Part shown: one piece after another, positions 11,201 to 23,200 of the stretch | Numbering within the stretch: the stretch's first letter is position 1 | Layout of the letters: every line of letters starts with the position of its first letter | Assembly (NCBI GenBank): GCA_964016885.1 | Contig: OZ024743.1 | Location: forward strand, 130,572,001-130,636,000 | DNA: 64,000 nucleotides | Origin: Eledone cirrhosa | Taxonomy: Eukaryota | Reading direction: 5' to 3' | The notes under the pieces: generated by a model | Seen by the model: the letters and a program-made list of their open reading frames with translations, nothing else | Databases searched by the model: none | What the model was told of the DNA's origin: nothing | Translations under genes and position numbers: made by a program

Positions 11201-14200
11201 GCTTGGTGCTTGGTGCTTGGTGCTTGGTCTTTGGTGCTTGGTGTTTGGTGTTTGGTGTTTGGTGTTTGTGCTTGGTGCTTGGTGCTTGGTGTTTGGTGCT
11301 AGGTGCTTAACGCTTGGTGTTTGGTGCTTGGTGCTTGGTGCTTGGTGATTAGTGTTTGGTGCTTGGTGTTTGGTGTTTGGTGCTTCGTGCTCGGTGCTTG
11401 GTGTTTGGGGCTTGGTGCCTGGTGCTTGGTGTTTGGTGCTTGGTGCTTGGTGCTTGGTGTTTGGTGTTTGGTGCTTGGTGCTTGGTGTTTGGTGCTTGGT
11501 GTTTGGTGCTTGGTGTATGTACTTGGTGCTTGGTGCTTGGTGTTTGGTGCTTGGTTCTTGGTGTTTGGTGCTTGGTGCTTGGTGCTTGGTGCTTGGTGTT
11601 TGGTGCTTGGTGTTAAGTGTTTGGTGCTTGGTGCTTGGTGTTTGGTGCTTCGTGCTTGGTGCTTGGTGTTTGGTGCATGGTGCTTGATGTTTGGGGCTTG
11701 GTGCCTGGTGCTTGGTGTTTGGTGCTTGGTGCTTGGTGCTTGGTGTTTGGCGTTTGGTGCTTGGTGCTTGGTGTTTGGTGCTTGGTGTTTGGTGCTTGGT
11801 GTTCGGTGCTTGGTGCTTGGTGCTTGGTACTTGGTGTTAGGTTTTTGGTGCTTGGGGCTTGGTGTTTCATGTTTGGTCCTTGGTGCTTGGTGTTTGGTGT
11901 TTGGTGCTTGGTGCTTGGTGTTTCGTGTTTGGTGCTTGCTGCTTGCTGCTTGGTGTTTGGTGCTTGGTGATTGGTGCTTGGTGTTTGGTGCTTGGTGATT
12001 GGTGCTTGGTGTTTGGTGTTTGGTGCTAGGTGCTTGGTGCTTGGTGTTTGGTGCTTGGTGCTTGGTGTTTGGTGTTTGGTGCTTGGTGCTTGGGGCTTGG
12101 TGTTTGGTTCTTGCTGCTTGGTGTTTGGTGCTTGCTGCTTGGTGTTTGGTGTTTGGTGTTTGGTGCTTGGTGTTTGGTGCTTGCTGCTTGGTGCTTGGTG
12201 TTAAGTGTTTGGTGCTTGGTGCTTGGTGGTTGGTGCTTCGTGCTTGGTGCTTGGTGTTTGGTGCATGGTGCTTGATGTTTGGGGCTTGGTGCCTGGTGCT
12301 TGGTGTTTGGTGCTTGGTGCTTGGTGCTTGGTGTTTGGTGTTTGGTGATTGGTGCTTGGTGTTTGGTGCTTGGTGTTTGGTGCTTGGTGTTCGGTGCTTG
12401 GTGCTTGGTGCTTGGTACTTGGTGTTAGGTTTTTGGTGCTTGGGGCTTGGTGTTTGATGTTTGGTCCTTGGTGCTTGGTGTTTGGTGTTTGGTGCTTGGT
12501 GCTTGGTGTTTCGTGTTTGGTGCTTGCTGCTTGCTGCTTGGTGTTTGGTGCTTGGTGATTGGTGCTTGGTGTTTGGTGCTTGGTGGTTGGTGCTTGGTGT
12601 TTGGTGTTTGGTGCTATGTGCTTGGTGCTTGGTGTTTGGTGCTTGGTGCTTGGTGTTTGGTGTTTGGTGCTTGGTGCTTGGGGCTTGGTGTTTGGTGCTT
12701 GCTGCTTGGTGTTTGGTGCTTGCTGCTTGGTGTTTGGTGTTTGGTGTTTGGTGCTTGCTGTTTGGTGCTTGGTGCTTGGTGCTGGGTGGTTGATGTTTGG
12801 TGCTTGGTGCTTGGTGTTTGGTGCTTGGTGCTTGGTGCTTATTGTTTGGTGCTTGGTGCTTGGTGCTTGGTGCTTGGTCTTTGGTGCTTGGTGTTTGGTG
12901 TTTGGTGTTTGGTGTTTGTGCTTGGTGCTTGGTGTTTGGTGCTAGGTGCTTAACGCTTGGTGTTTGGTGCTTGGTGCTTGGTGCTTGGTGATTAGTGTTT
13001 GGTGCTTGGTGCTTGGGGTTTGGCGTTTTGTGTTTGCTGTTTGGTGTATGCGGTTTGGTGTCTGCTTTTTGGTGTTTGGTGTTTGCTGTATGGTGTTTGC
13101 AGTTTTGTGTTTCGTGTTTGCTGTTTGGTGTTTGGTGCTTGGTGCTTGGTGCTTGGTGTTTGGTGCTTGGTGCTTGGTGCTTGGTGTTTGGCGTTTGCTG
13201 TTTGCTGTTTGCTGTTTGGTGTTTGCTGTTTGGTGTTTGCTGTTTGGTGTTTGGTGCTTGGTGCTTGGTGGCTGGTGTTTGGTGCTTGGTGTTTGGATTT
13301 TGATCCTTGGTGCTTGGTGCCTGGTGTTTCGTGCTTGGTGCTTGGTGCTTGGTGTTTGGTGTTTGGTGCTTGGTGTTTGGTGTTTGGTATTTGGTGCTTG
13401 GTGCTTGGTGCTTGGTGTTTGGTGCTTGGTGCTTGGTGCTTGGTGTTTGATGCTGCGTGCTTGGTGTTTGGTGTTTGGTGCTTGGTGCTTGGTGTTTGGT
13501 GATTGGAGCTTGGTGCCTGGTGCTTGTTGTTTGGGGCCTGGTGCTTGTTGTTTGGTGTTTGGTGCTTGGTGCTTGGTGTTTGGTGCTTGGTGCTTGGTGC
13601 TTGGTGTTTGGTGCTTGGTGCTTGGTGTTTGGTGCTTGGTGCTTGGTGCTTGGTGCTTGGTGTTAGGTGTTTGGTGCTTGGTGCTTGGTGTTTGATGTTT
13701 GGTCTTTGGTGCTTTGTGTTTGGTGTTTGGTGCTTGGTGCTTGGTGTTTGGTGTTTGGTGCTTGCTGCTTGGTGCTTGGTGTTTGGTGCTTGGCGTTTGG
13801 TGTTTGGTGTTTGGTGCTTGGTGCTTGGTGTTTGGTGCTTGCTGCTTGCTGCTTGGGTTTTGGTGCTTGGTGATTGGTGCTTGGTGTTTTGCGCTTGGTG
13901 CTTGGTGTTTGGTGTTTGGTGTTTGGTGCTTGGTGCTTGGTGCTTGGTGCTTGGTGTTTGGTGCTGCGTGCTTGGTGTTTGGTGTCTGGAGTTTGGTGCT
14001 TGGTGCTTGGTGCCTGGTGTTTCGTGCTTGGTGCTTGGTGCTTGGTGTTTGGTGTTTGGTGCTTGGTGTTTGGTGTTTGGTACTTGGTGTTTGGTGCTTG
14101 GTGCCTGGTGCTTGGTGTTTGGTGCTTGGTGCTTGGTGTTTGGTGATTGGTGCTTGGTGTTTGGTGATTGGTGCTTGATGCTTGGTGCTTGGTGTTAGTT

Positions 14201-14699
14201 GTTTGGTGCTTGGTGCTTGGTGTTTGATGTTTGGTCCTTGGTGCTTGGTGTTTGGTGTTTGGTGCTTGGTGCTTGTTGTTTGGTGTTTGGTGCTTGCTGC
14301 TTGCTGCTTGGTGTTTGTTGCTTGGTGTTTTGTGCTTGATGCTTGGTGTTTGTTGTTTGGTGCTAGGGGCTTAGTGCTTGGTGCTTGGTGTTTGGTGCTT
14401 GGTGCTTGCTGTTTGGTGTTTGGTGCTTGGTGCGTGGGACTTAGTGTTTGGTGTTTGGTGCTTGGTGTTTGGTGGTTGGTGTTTGGTGCTTGGTGTTTGG
14501 GGCTTGGTGTTCGGTGCTTGGTGCCTGGTGCTTGGGGCTTGGTGTTTGGTGTTTGGTGCTTGGTGCTTGGTGTTTGATGTTGGGTGCTTGGTGCTTGGTG
14601 TTTGTTGTTTGGTGCTTGGTGTTTGGTGTTTGGTGCTTGGTGCTTGGTGTTGGTGTTTGGTGCTTGGTGCTTGGGGATTGGTGTTTGGTGCTTGGTGCT
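4262..14699 (+). repeat. Near-identical tandem higher-order duplication, ~5.2-kb unit x2 (4262-9470 / 9471-14699)
   Basis: ORF pairs from 5237/10460 to 9225/14448 have constant offset 5223 (5209 at the start, 4284/9493). 5223 = 747x7 - 6, matching the six 6-bp monomers inside the unit. Confidence 0.92.
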
Positions 14700-14889
14700 T
14701 GGTGTTTGGTGTTTGGTGCTTGGTGCTTGGGGCTTGGTGTTTGGTGCTTGGTGCTTTGTGCTTGGTGTTTAGTGTTTGGTGTTTGGTGCTTGGTGTTTGG
14801 TGCTTGGTGCTTGGTGCTGGGTGGTTGGTGTTTGGTGCTTGGTGCTTGGTGTTTGGTGCTTGGTGCTTGGTGCTTGTTGTTTGGTGCTT

Positions 14890-17800
14890 GGTGCTTGGTG
14901 CTTGGTCTTTGGTGCTTGGAGTTTGGTGGTTGGTGCTTGGTGCTTGGTGTTTGGTGTTTGGTGTTTGCTGTTTGGTGTCTGCTTTTTGGTATTTAGTGTT
15001 TGCTGTATGGTGTTTGCTGTTTCGTATTTGGTGCTTGGTGTTTCGTGCTTGGTGTCTAGTGTTTGGGTTTTGGTGTTTGGTGCTTGGTGCTTAGTGTTTG
15101 GTGTTTGTGCTTGGTGGTTGGTGTTTGGTGTTTGGTGCTTGGTGTTTGGTGCTTGGTGCATTGTGCCTGCTGTTTGGTCTGGGTGTATGGTGTTTGGTGC
15201 TTGGTGCTTGGTGCTTGGTGTTTGGTGTTTGGTGCTTGGTGTTTGATGCTTGTTGCTTGGTGCTTGATGTTTTGTGTTTGGTGTTTGGTGCTTGGTGTAT
15301 GTACTTGGTGCTTGGTGCTTGGTGTTTGGTGCTTGGTTCTTGGTGCTTGGTGCTTGGTGTTTGGTGCTTGGTTCTTGGTGCTTGGTGCTTGGTGCTTGGT
15401 GTTTGGTGCTTGGTGCTTGGTGTTTGGTGCTTGGTGTTTGGTGTTTGGTGCTTGGTGTTTGGTACTTGGTGCTTGGTGCTTGGTGTTAAGTGTTTGGTGC
15501 TTGGTGTTTGGTGCTTCGTGCTTGGTGCTTGGTGTTTGGTGCATGGTGCTTGGTGTTTGGGGCTTGGTGCCTGGTGCTTTGTGTTTGGTGCTAGGTGCTT
15601 GGTGCTTGGTCTTTGGTGTTTGGTGCTTGGTGCTTGGTGCTTGGTGTTTGGTGCTTGGTGCTTGGTGCTTGGTTATTAGTGTTTGGTGCTTGGTGCTTGG
15701 GGTTTGGTGTTTGGTGCTTGGTGCTTTGTGTTTGGTGTTTGCTGTATGGTGTTTGCTGTTTCGTGTTTGGTGTTTGCTGTTTGGTGTTTAATGCTTGGTG
15801 CTTGGAGCTTGGTGTTTGGTGCTTGGTGCTTGGTGCTTGGTGCTTGGCGTTTGCTCTTTGCTGTTTGGTGTTTGGTGCTTGCTGTTTGGTGTTTGGTGTT
15901 TGGTGTTTGGTGTTTGGTGCTTGCTGTTTGGTGCTTGGTGCTTGGTGTTTGGTCTTTGTTTTTTGGTGCTTGGTGCTTGGTGTTTGGTGCTTGGTGCTGG
16001 GTGTTTGGTGCTTGGTGCTTGGTGTTTGGTGCTTGGTGCTTGATGCTTGGTGCTTGGTGTTTGGTCCTTGGTGCTTGGTGCTTGGTCTTTGGTGCTTGGG
16101 GTTTGGTGTTTGGTGCTTGGTGCTTGGTGTTTGGTGCTTGGTGCTTGGTGCTTGGTGTTTGGTGTTTGGTGCTTGCTGCTTGGTGTTTGGTGCTTGGTGT
16201 TTGGTGCTTGGTGTTCGGTGCTTGGTGCTTGGTGCTTGGTACTTGGTGTTAGGTTTTTGGTGCTTGGGGCTTGGTGTTTGGTGCTTGGTGCTTGGTGCTT
16301 GGTGCTTGGTGTTAGGTGTTTGGTGCTTGGCACTTGGTGATTAGTGTTTGGTGCATGGTGCTTGGTGTTTGTTGTTTGGTGCTTGGTGCTTGGTGTTTGG
16401 TGCTTGGTGCTTGCTGTTTGGTGTTTGGTGTTTGTTGCTTGGTGCTTGGTGTTTGGTGTTTGGTGTTTGGTGTTTGGTGTTTGGTGCTTGGTGCTTGGTG
16501 TTTGGAGCTTGGTGTTTGGTGCTTGGTGTATGTACTTGGTGCTTGGTGCTTGGTGTTTGGTGCTTGGTTCTTGGTGTTTGGTGCTTGGTGCTTGGTGCTT
16601 GGTGTTTGGTGCTTGGTGCTTGGTGTTTGGTACTTGGTGCTTGGTGTTTGGTGTTTGGTGCTTGGTGTTTGGTGCTTGGTGCTTGGTGCTTGGTGTTAAG
16701 TGTTTGGTGCTTGGTGCTTGGTGTTTGGTGCTTCGTGCTTGGTGCTTGGTGTTTGGTGCATGGTGCTTGATGTTTGGGGCTTGGTGCCTGGTGCTTGGTG
16801 TTTGGTGCTTGGTGCTTGGTGCTTGGTGTTTGGTGTTTGCTGCTTGGTGCTTGGTGTTTGGTGCTTGGTGTTTGGTGCTTGGTGTTCGGTGCTTGGTGCT
16901 TGGTGCTTGGTACTTGGTGTTAGGTTTTTGGTGCTTGGGGCTTGGTGTTTGGTGCTTGGTGCTTGGTGCTTGGTGCTTGGTGTTAGGTGTTTGGTGCTTG
17001 GTGCTTGGTGTTTGATGTTTGGTCCTTGGTGCCTGGTGTTTGGTGTTTGGTGCTTGGTGCTTGGTGTTTGGTGTTTGTTGCTTGCTTCTTGGTGCTTGGT
17101 GTTTTGTGTTTGGAGTTTGGTGCTTGGTGTTTGGTGCTTCGGTCTTGGTGCTTGGTGTTTGGTGCTTGGTGTTTGGTGCTTGGTGCTTGGTGCCTGGTGC
17201 TTGGTGTTAGGTGTTTGGTGCTTGGTGCTTGGTGTTTGATGTTTGGTCCTTGGTGCTTGGTGTTTGGTGTTTGGTGCTTGGTGTTTGGTGTTTGGTGTTT
17301 GGTGCTTGGTGCTTGGTGTTTGGTGCTTGCCGCTTGCTGCTTGGGTTTTGGTGCTTGGTGATTGGTGCTTGGTGTTTTGCGCTTGGTGCTTTGTGTTTGG
17401 TGTTAGGTGTTTGGTGCTTGGTGCTTGGTGCTTGGTGCTTGGTGTTTGGTGCTGCGTGCTTGGTGTTTGGTGTCTGGAGTTTGGTGCTTGGTGCTTGGTG
17501 CCTGGTGTTTCGTGCTTGGTGCTTGGTGCTTGGTGTTTGGTGTTTGGTGCTTGGTGTTTGGTGTTTGGTACTTGGTGTTTGGTGCTTGGTGCCTGGTGCT
17601 TGGTGTTTGGTGCTTGGTGCTTAGTGTTTGGTGATTGGTGCTTGGTGTTTGGTGATTGGTGCTTGATGCTTGGTGCTTGGTGTTAGGTGTTTGGTGCTTG
17701 GTGCTTGGTGTTTGATGTTTGGTCCTTGGTGCTTGGTGTTTGGTGTTTGGTGCTTGGTGCTTGTTGTTTGGTGTTTGGTGCTTGCTGCTTGCTGCTTGGT

Positions 17801-20800
17801 GTTTGTTGCTTGGTGTTTTGTGCTTGATGCTTCGTGTTTGTTGTTTGGTGCTAGGGGCTTAGTGCTTGGTGCTTGGTGTTTGGTGCTTGGTGCTTGCTGT
17901 TTGGTGTTTGGTGCTTGGTGCGTGGGACTTAGTGTTTGGTGTTTGGTGCTTGGTGTTTGGTGCTTGGTGTTTGGTGCTTGGTGCTTGATGCTTGGTGCTT
18001 GGTGTTTGGTCCTTGGTGCTTGGTGCTTCGTCTTTGGTGCTTGGGGTTTGGTGTTTGGTGCTTGGTGCTTGGTGTTTGGTGCTTGGTGCTTGGTGCTTGG
18101 TGTTTGGTGTTTGGTGCTTGCTGCTTGGTGTTTGGTGCTTGGTGTTTGGTGCTTGGTGTTCGGTGCTTGGTGCTTGGTGCTTGGTACTTGGTGTTAGGTT
18201 TTTGGTGCTTGGGGCTTGGTGTTTGGTGCTTGGTGCTTGGTGCTTGGTGCTTGGTGTTAGGTGTTTGGTGCTTGGCACTTGGTGATTAGTGTTTGGTGCA
18301 TGGTGCTTGGTGTTATGTTGTTTGGTGCTTGGTGCTTGGTGTTTGGTGCTTGGTGCTTGCTGTTTGGTGTTTGGTGTTTGGTGCTTGGTGCTTGGTGTTT
18401 GGTGTTTGGTGTTTGGTGTTTGGTGTTTGGTGCTTGGTGCTTGGTGTTTGGAGCTTGGTGTTTGGTGCTTGGTGTATGTACTTGGTGCTTGGTGCTTGGT
18501 GTTTGGTGCTTGGTTCTTGGTGTTTGGTGCTTGGTGCTTGGTGCTTGGTGTTTGGTGCTTGGTGCTTGGTGTTTGGTACTTGGTGCTTGGTGTTTGGTGT
18601 TTGGTGCTTGGTGTTTGGTGCTTGGTGCTTGGTGCTTGGTGTTAAGTGTTTGGTGCTTGGTGCTTGGTGTTTGGTGCTTCGTGCTTGGTGCTTGGTGTTT
18701 GGTGCATGGTGCTTGATGTTTGGGACTTGGTGCCTGGTGCTTGGTGTTTGGTGCTTGGTGCTTGGTGCTTGGTGTTTGGTGTTTGCTGCTTGGTGCTTGG
18801 TGTTTGGTGCTTGGTGTTTGGTGCTTGGTGTTCGGTGCTTGGTGCTTGGTGCTTGGTACTTGGTGTTAGGTTTTTGGTGCTTGGGGCTTGGTGTTTGGTG
18901 CTTGGTGCTTGGTGCTTGGTGCTTGGTGTTAGGTGTTTGGTGCTTGGTGCTTGGTGTTTGATGTTTGGTCCTTGGTGCCTGGTGTTTGGTGTTTGGTGCT
19001 TGGTGCTTGGTGTTTGGTGTTTGTTGCTTGCTTCTTGGTGCTTGGTGTTTTGTGTTTGGAGTTTGGTGCTTGGTGTTTGGTGCTTCGGTCTTGGTGCTTG
19101 GTGTTTGGTGCTTGGTGTTTGGTGCTTGGTGCTTGGTGCCTGGTGCTTGGTGTTAGGTGTTTGGTGCTTGGTGCTTGGTGTTTGATGTTTGGTCCTTGGT
19201 GCTTGGTGTTTGGTGTTTGGTGCTTGGTGTTTGGTGTTTGGTGTTTGGTGCTTGGTGCTTGGTGTTTGGTGCTTGCCGCTTGCTGCTTGGGTTTTGGTGC
19301 TTGGTGATTGGTGCTTGGTGTTTTGCGCTTGGTGCTTGGTGTTTGGTGTTAGGTGTTTGGTGCTTGGTGCTTGGTGCTTGGTGCTTGGTGTTTGGTGCTG
19401 CGTGCTTGGTGTTTGGTGTCTGGAGTTTGGTGCTTGGTGCTTGGTGCCTGGTGTTTCGTGCTTGGTGCTTGGTGCTTGGTGTTTGGTGTTTGGTGCTTGG
19501 TGTTTGGTGTTTGGTACTTGGTGTTTGGTGCTTGGTGCCTGGTGCTTGGTGTTTGGTGCTTGGTGCTTAGTGTTTGGTGATTGGTGCTTGGTGTTTGGTG
19601 ATTGGTGCTTGATGCTTGGTGCTTGGTGTTAGGTGTTTGGTGCTTGGTGCTTGGTGTTTGATGTTTGGTCCTTGGTGCTTGGTGTTTGGTGTTTGGTGCT
19701 TGGTGCTTGTTGTTTGGTGTTTGGTGCTTGCTGCTTGCTGCTTGGTGTTTGTTGCTTGGTGTTTTGTGCTTGATGCTTCGTGTTTGTTGTTTGGTGCTAG
19801 GGGCTTAGTGCTTGGTGCTTGGTGTTTGGTGCTTGGTGCTTGCTGTTTGGTGTTTGGTGCTTGGTGCGTGGGACTTAGTGTTTGGTGTTTGGTGCTTGGT
19901 GTTTGGTGCTTGGTGTTTGGTGCTTGGTGTTTGGGGCTTGGTGTTCGGTGCTTGGTGCCTGGTGCTTGGTGCTTGGTGTTTGGTGTTTGGTGCTTGGTGC
20001 TTGGTGTTTGATGTTGGGTCCTTGGTGCTTGGTGTCTGGTGCTTGGTGTTTGGTGTTTGGTGCTTGGTGCTTGGGGCTTGGTGTTGGTGTTTGGTGCTTG
20101 GTGCTTGGGGCTTGGTGTTTGGTGCTTGGTGCTTGGTGTTTGGTGTTTGGTGCTTGGTGCTTGGTGCTTGGTGCTTGGTGCTTGGTCTTTGGTGCTTGGA
20201 GTTTGGTGGTTGGTGCTTGGTGCTTGGTGTTTGGTGTTTGGTGTTTGCTGTTTGGTGTCTGCTTTTTGGTATTTAGTGTTTGCTGTATGGTGTTTGCTGT
20301 TTCGTATTTGGTGCTTGGTGTTTCGTGCTTGGTGTCTAGTGTTTGGGTTTTGGTGTTTGGTGCTTGGTGCTTAGTGTTTGGTGTTTGTGCTTGGTGGTTG
20401 GTGTTTGGTGTTTGGTGCTTGGTGTTTGGTGCTTGGTGCATTGTGCCTGCTGTTTGGTCTGGGTGTATGGTGTTTGGTGCTTGGTGCTTGGTGCTTGGTG
20501 TTTGGTGTTTGGTGCTTGGTGTTTGATGCTTGTTGCTTGGTGCTTGATGTTTTGTGTTTGGTGTTTGGTGCTTGGTGTATGTACTTGGTGCTTGGTGCTT
20601 GGTGTTTGGTGCTTGGTTCTTGGTGCTTGGTGCTTGGTGCTTGGTGTTTGGTGCTTGGTGCTTGGTGTTTGGTGCTTGGTGTTTGGTGTTTGGTGCTTGG
20701 TGTTTGGTACTTGGTGCTTGGTGCTTGGTGTTAAGTGTTTGGTGCTTGGTGTTTGGTGCTTCGTGCTTGGTGCTTGGTGTTTGGTGGATGGTGCTTGGTG

Positions 20801-23200
20801 TTTGGGGCTTGGTGCCTGGTGCTTTGTGTTTGGTGCTAGGTGCTTGGTGCTTGGTCTTTGGTGTTTGGTGCTTGGTGCTTGGTGCTTGGTGTTTGGTGCT
20901 TGGTGCTTGGTGCTTGGTTATTAGTGTTTGGTGCTTGGTGCTTGGGGTTTGGTGTTTGGTACTTGGTGCTTTGTGTTTGGTGTTTGCTGTATGGTGTTTG
21001 CTGTTTCGTGTTTGGTGTTTGCTGTTTGGTGTTTAATGCTTGGTGCTTGGAGCTTGGTGTTTGGTGCTTGGTGCTTGGTGCTTGGTGCTTGGCGTTTGCT
21101 CTTTGCTGTTTGGTGTTTGGTGCTTGCTGTTTGGTGTTTGGTGTTTTGTGTTTGGTGTTTGGTGCTTGCTGTTTGGTGCTTGGTGCTTGGTGTTTGGTCT
21201 TTGGTGTTTGGTGCTTGGTGCTTGGTGTTTGGTGCTTGGTGCTGGGTGTTTGGTGCTTGGTGCTTGTTGTTTGGTGCTTGGTGCTTGATGCTTGGTGCTT
21301 GGTGTTTGGTCCTTGGTGCTTGGTGCTTGGTCTTTGGTGCTTGGGGTTTGGTGTTTGGTGCTTGGTGCTTGGTGTTTGGTGCTTGGTGCTTGGTGCTTGG
21401 TGTTTGGTGTTTGGTGCTTGCTGCTTGGTGTTTGGTGCTTGGTGTTTGGTGCTTGGTGTTCGGTGCTTGGTGCTTGGTGCTTGGTACTTGGTGTTAGGTT
21501 TTTGGTGCTTGGGGCTTGGTGTTTGGTGCTTGGTGCTTGGTGCTTGGTGCTTGGTGTTAGGTGTTTGGTGCTTGGCACTTGGTGATTAGTGTTTGGTGCA
21601 TGGTGCTTGGTGTTTGTTGTTTGGTGCTTGGTGCTTGGTGTTTGGTGCTTGGTGCTTGCTGTTTGGTGTTTGGTGTTTGGTGCTTGGTGCTTGGTGTTTG
21701 GTGTTTGGTGTTTGGTGTTTGGTGCTTGGTGCTTGGTGTTTGGAGCTTGGTGTTTGGTGCTTGGTGTATGTACTTGGTGCTTGGTGCTTGGTGTTTGGTG
21801 CTTGGTTCTTGGTGTTTGGTGCTTGGTGCTTGGTGCTTGGTGTTTGGTGCTTGGTGCTTGGTGTTTGGTACTTGGTGCTTGGTGTTTGGTGTTTGGTGCT
21901 TGGTGTTTGGTGCTTGGTGCTTGGTGCTTGGTGTTAAGTGTTTGGTGCTTGGTGCTTGGTGTTTGGTGCTTCGTGCTTGGTGCTTGGTGTTTGGTGCATG
22001 GTGCTTGATGTTTGGGGCTTGGTGCCTGGTGCTTGGTGTTTGGTGCTTGGTGCTTGGTGCTTGGTGTTTGGTGTTTGCTGCTTGGTGCTTGGTGTTTGGT
22101 GCTTGGTGTTTGGTGCTTGGTGTTCGGTGCTTGGTGCTTGGTGCTTGGTACTTGGTGTTAGGTTTTTGGTGCTTGGGGCTTGGTGTTTGGTGCTTGGTGC
22201 TTGGTGCTTGGTGCTTGGTGTTAGGTGTTTGGTGCTTGGTGCTTGGTGTTTGATGTTTGGTCCTTGGTGCCTGGTGTTTGGTGTTTGGTGCTTGGTGCTT
22301 GGTGTTTGGTGTTTGTTGCTTGCTGCTTGGTGCTTGGTGTTTTGTGTTTGGAGTTTGGTGCTTGGTGTTTGGTGCTTCGGTCTTGGTGCTTGGTGTTTGG
22401 TGCTTGGTGTTTGGTGCTTGGTGCTTGGTGCCTGGTGCTTGGTGTTAGGTGTTTGGTGCTTGGTGCTTGGTGTTTGATGTTTGGTCCTTGGTGCTTGGTG
22501 TTTGGTGTTTGGTGCTTGGTGTTTGGTGTTTGGTGTTTGGTGCTTGGTGCTTGGTGTTTGGTGCTTGCCGCTTGCTGCTTGGGTTTTGGTGCTTGGTGAT
22601 TGGTGCTTGGTGTTTTGCGCTTGGTGCTTGGTGTTTGGTGTTAGGTGTTTGGTGCTTGGTGCTTGGTGCTTGGTGCTTGGTGTTTGGTGCTGCGTGCTTG
22701 GTGTTTGGTGCCTGGAGTTTGGTGCTTGGTGCTTGGTGCCTGGTGTTTCGTGCTTGGTGCTTGGTGCTTGGTGTTTGGTGTTTGGTGCTTGGTGTTTGGT
22801 GTTTGGTACTTGGTGTTTGGTGCTTGGTGCCTGGTGCTTGATGTTTGGTGCTTGGTGCTTAGTGTTTGGTGATTGGTGCTTGGTGTTTGGTGATTGGTGC
22901 TTGATGCTTGGTGCTTGGTGTTAGGTGTTTGGTGCTTGGTGCTTGGTGTTTGATGTTTGGTCCTTGGTGCTTGGTGTTTGGTGTTTGGTGCTTGGTGCTT
23001 GTTGTTTGGTGTTTGGTGCTTGCTGCTTGCTGCTTGGTGTTTGTTGCTTGGTGTTTTGTGCTTGATGCTTGGTGTTTGTTGTTTGGTGCTAGGGGCTTAG
23101 TGCTTGGTGCTTGGTGTTTGGTGCTTGGTGCTTGCTGTTTGGTGTTTGGTGCTTGGTGCGTGGGACTTAGTGTTTGGTGTTTGGTGCTTGGTGTTTGGTG
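14890..23200 (+). repeat. Direct duplication ~14890-17950 / ~20170-23200 (offset 5238-5280)
   Basis: ORF pairs 15063/20343 (5280), 15595/20840 and 15788/21033 (5245), 16700/21938 and 17670/22908 (5238). The rare block GCATTGTGCCTGCTGTTTGGTCTGGG occurs at ~15158 and ~20438. Confidence 0.85.
16005..19930 (+). repeat. Tandem higher-order duplication, ~1.95-kb unit x2
   Basis: ORF pairs 16047/17992 and 16344/18289 (offset 1945), then 16700/18646, 17211/19157 and 17670/19616 (offset 1946, after a 1-bp A insertion at 18315). Confidence 0.9.
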
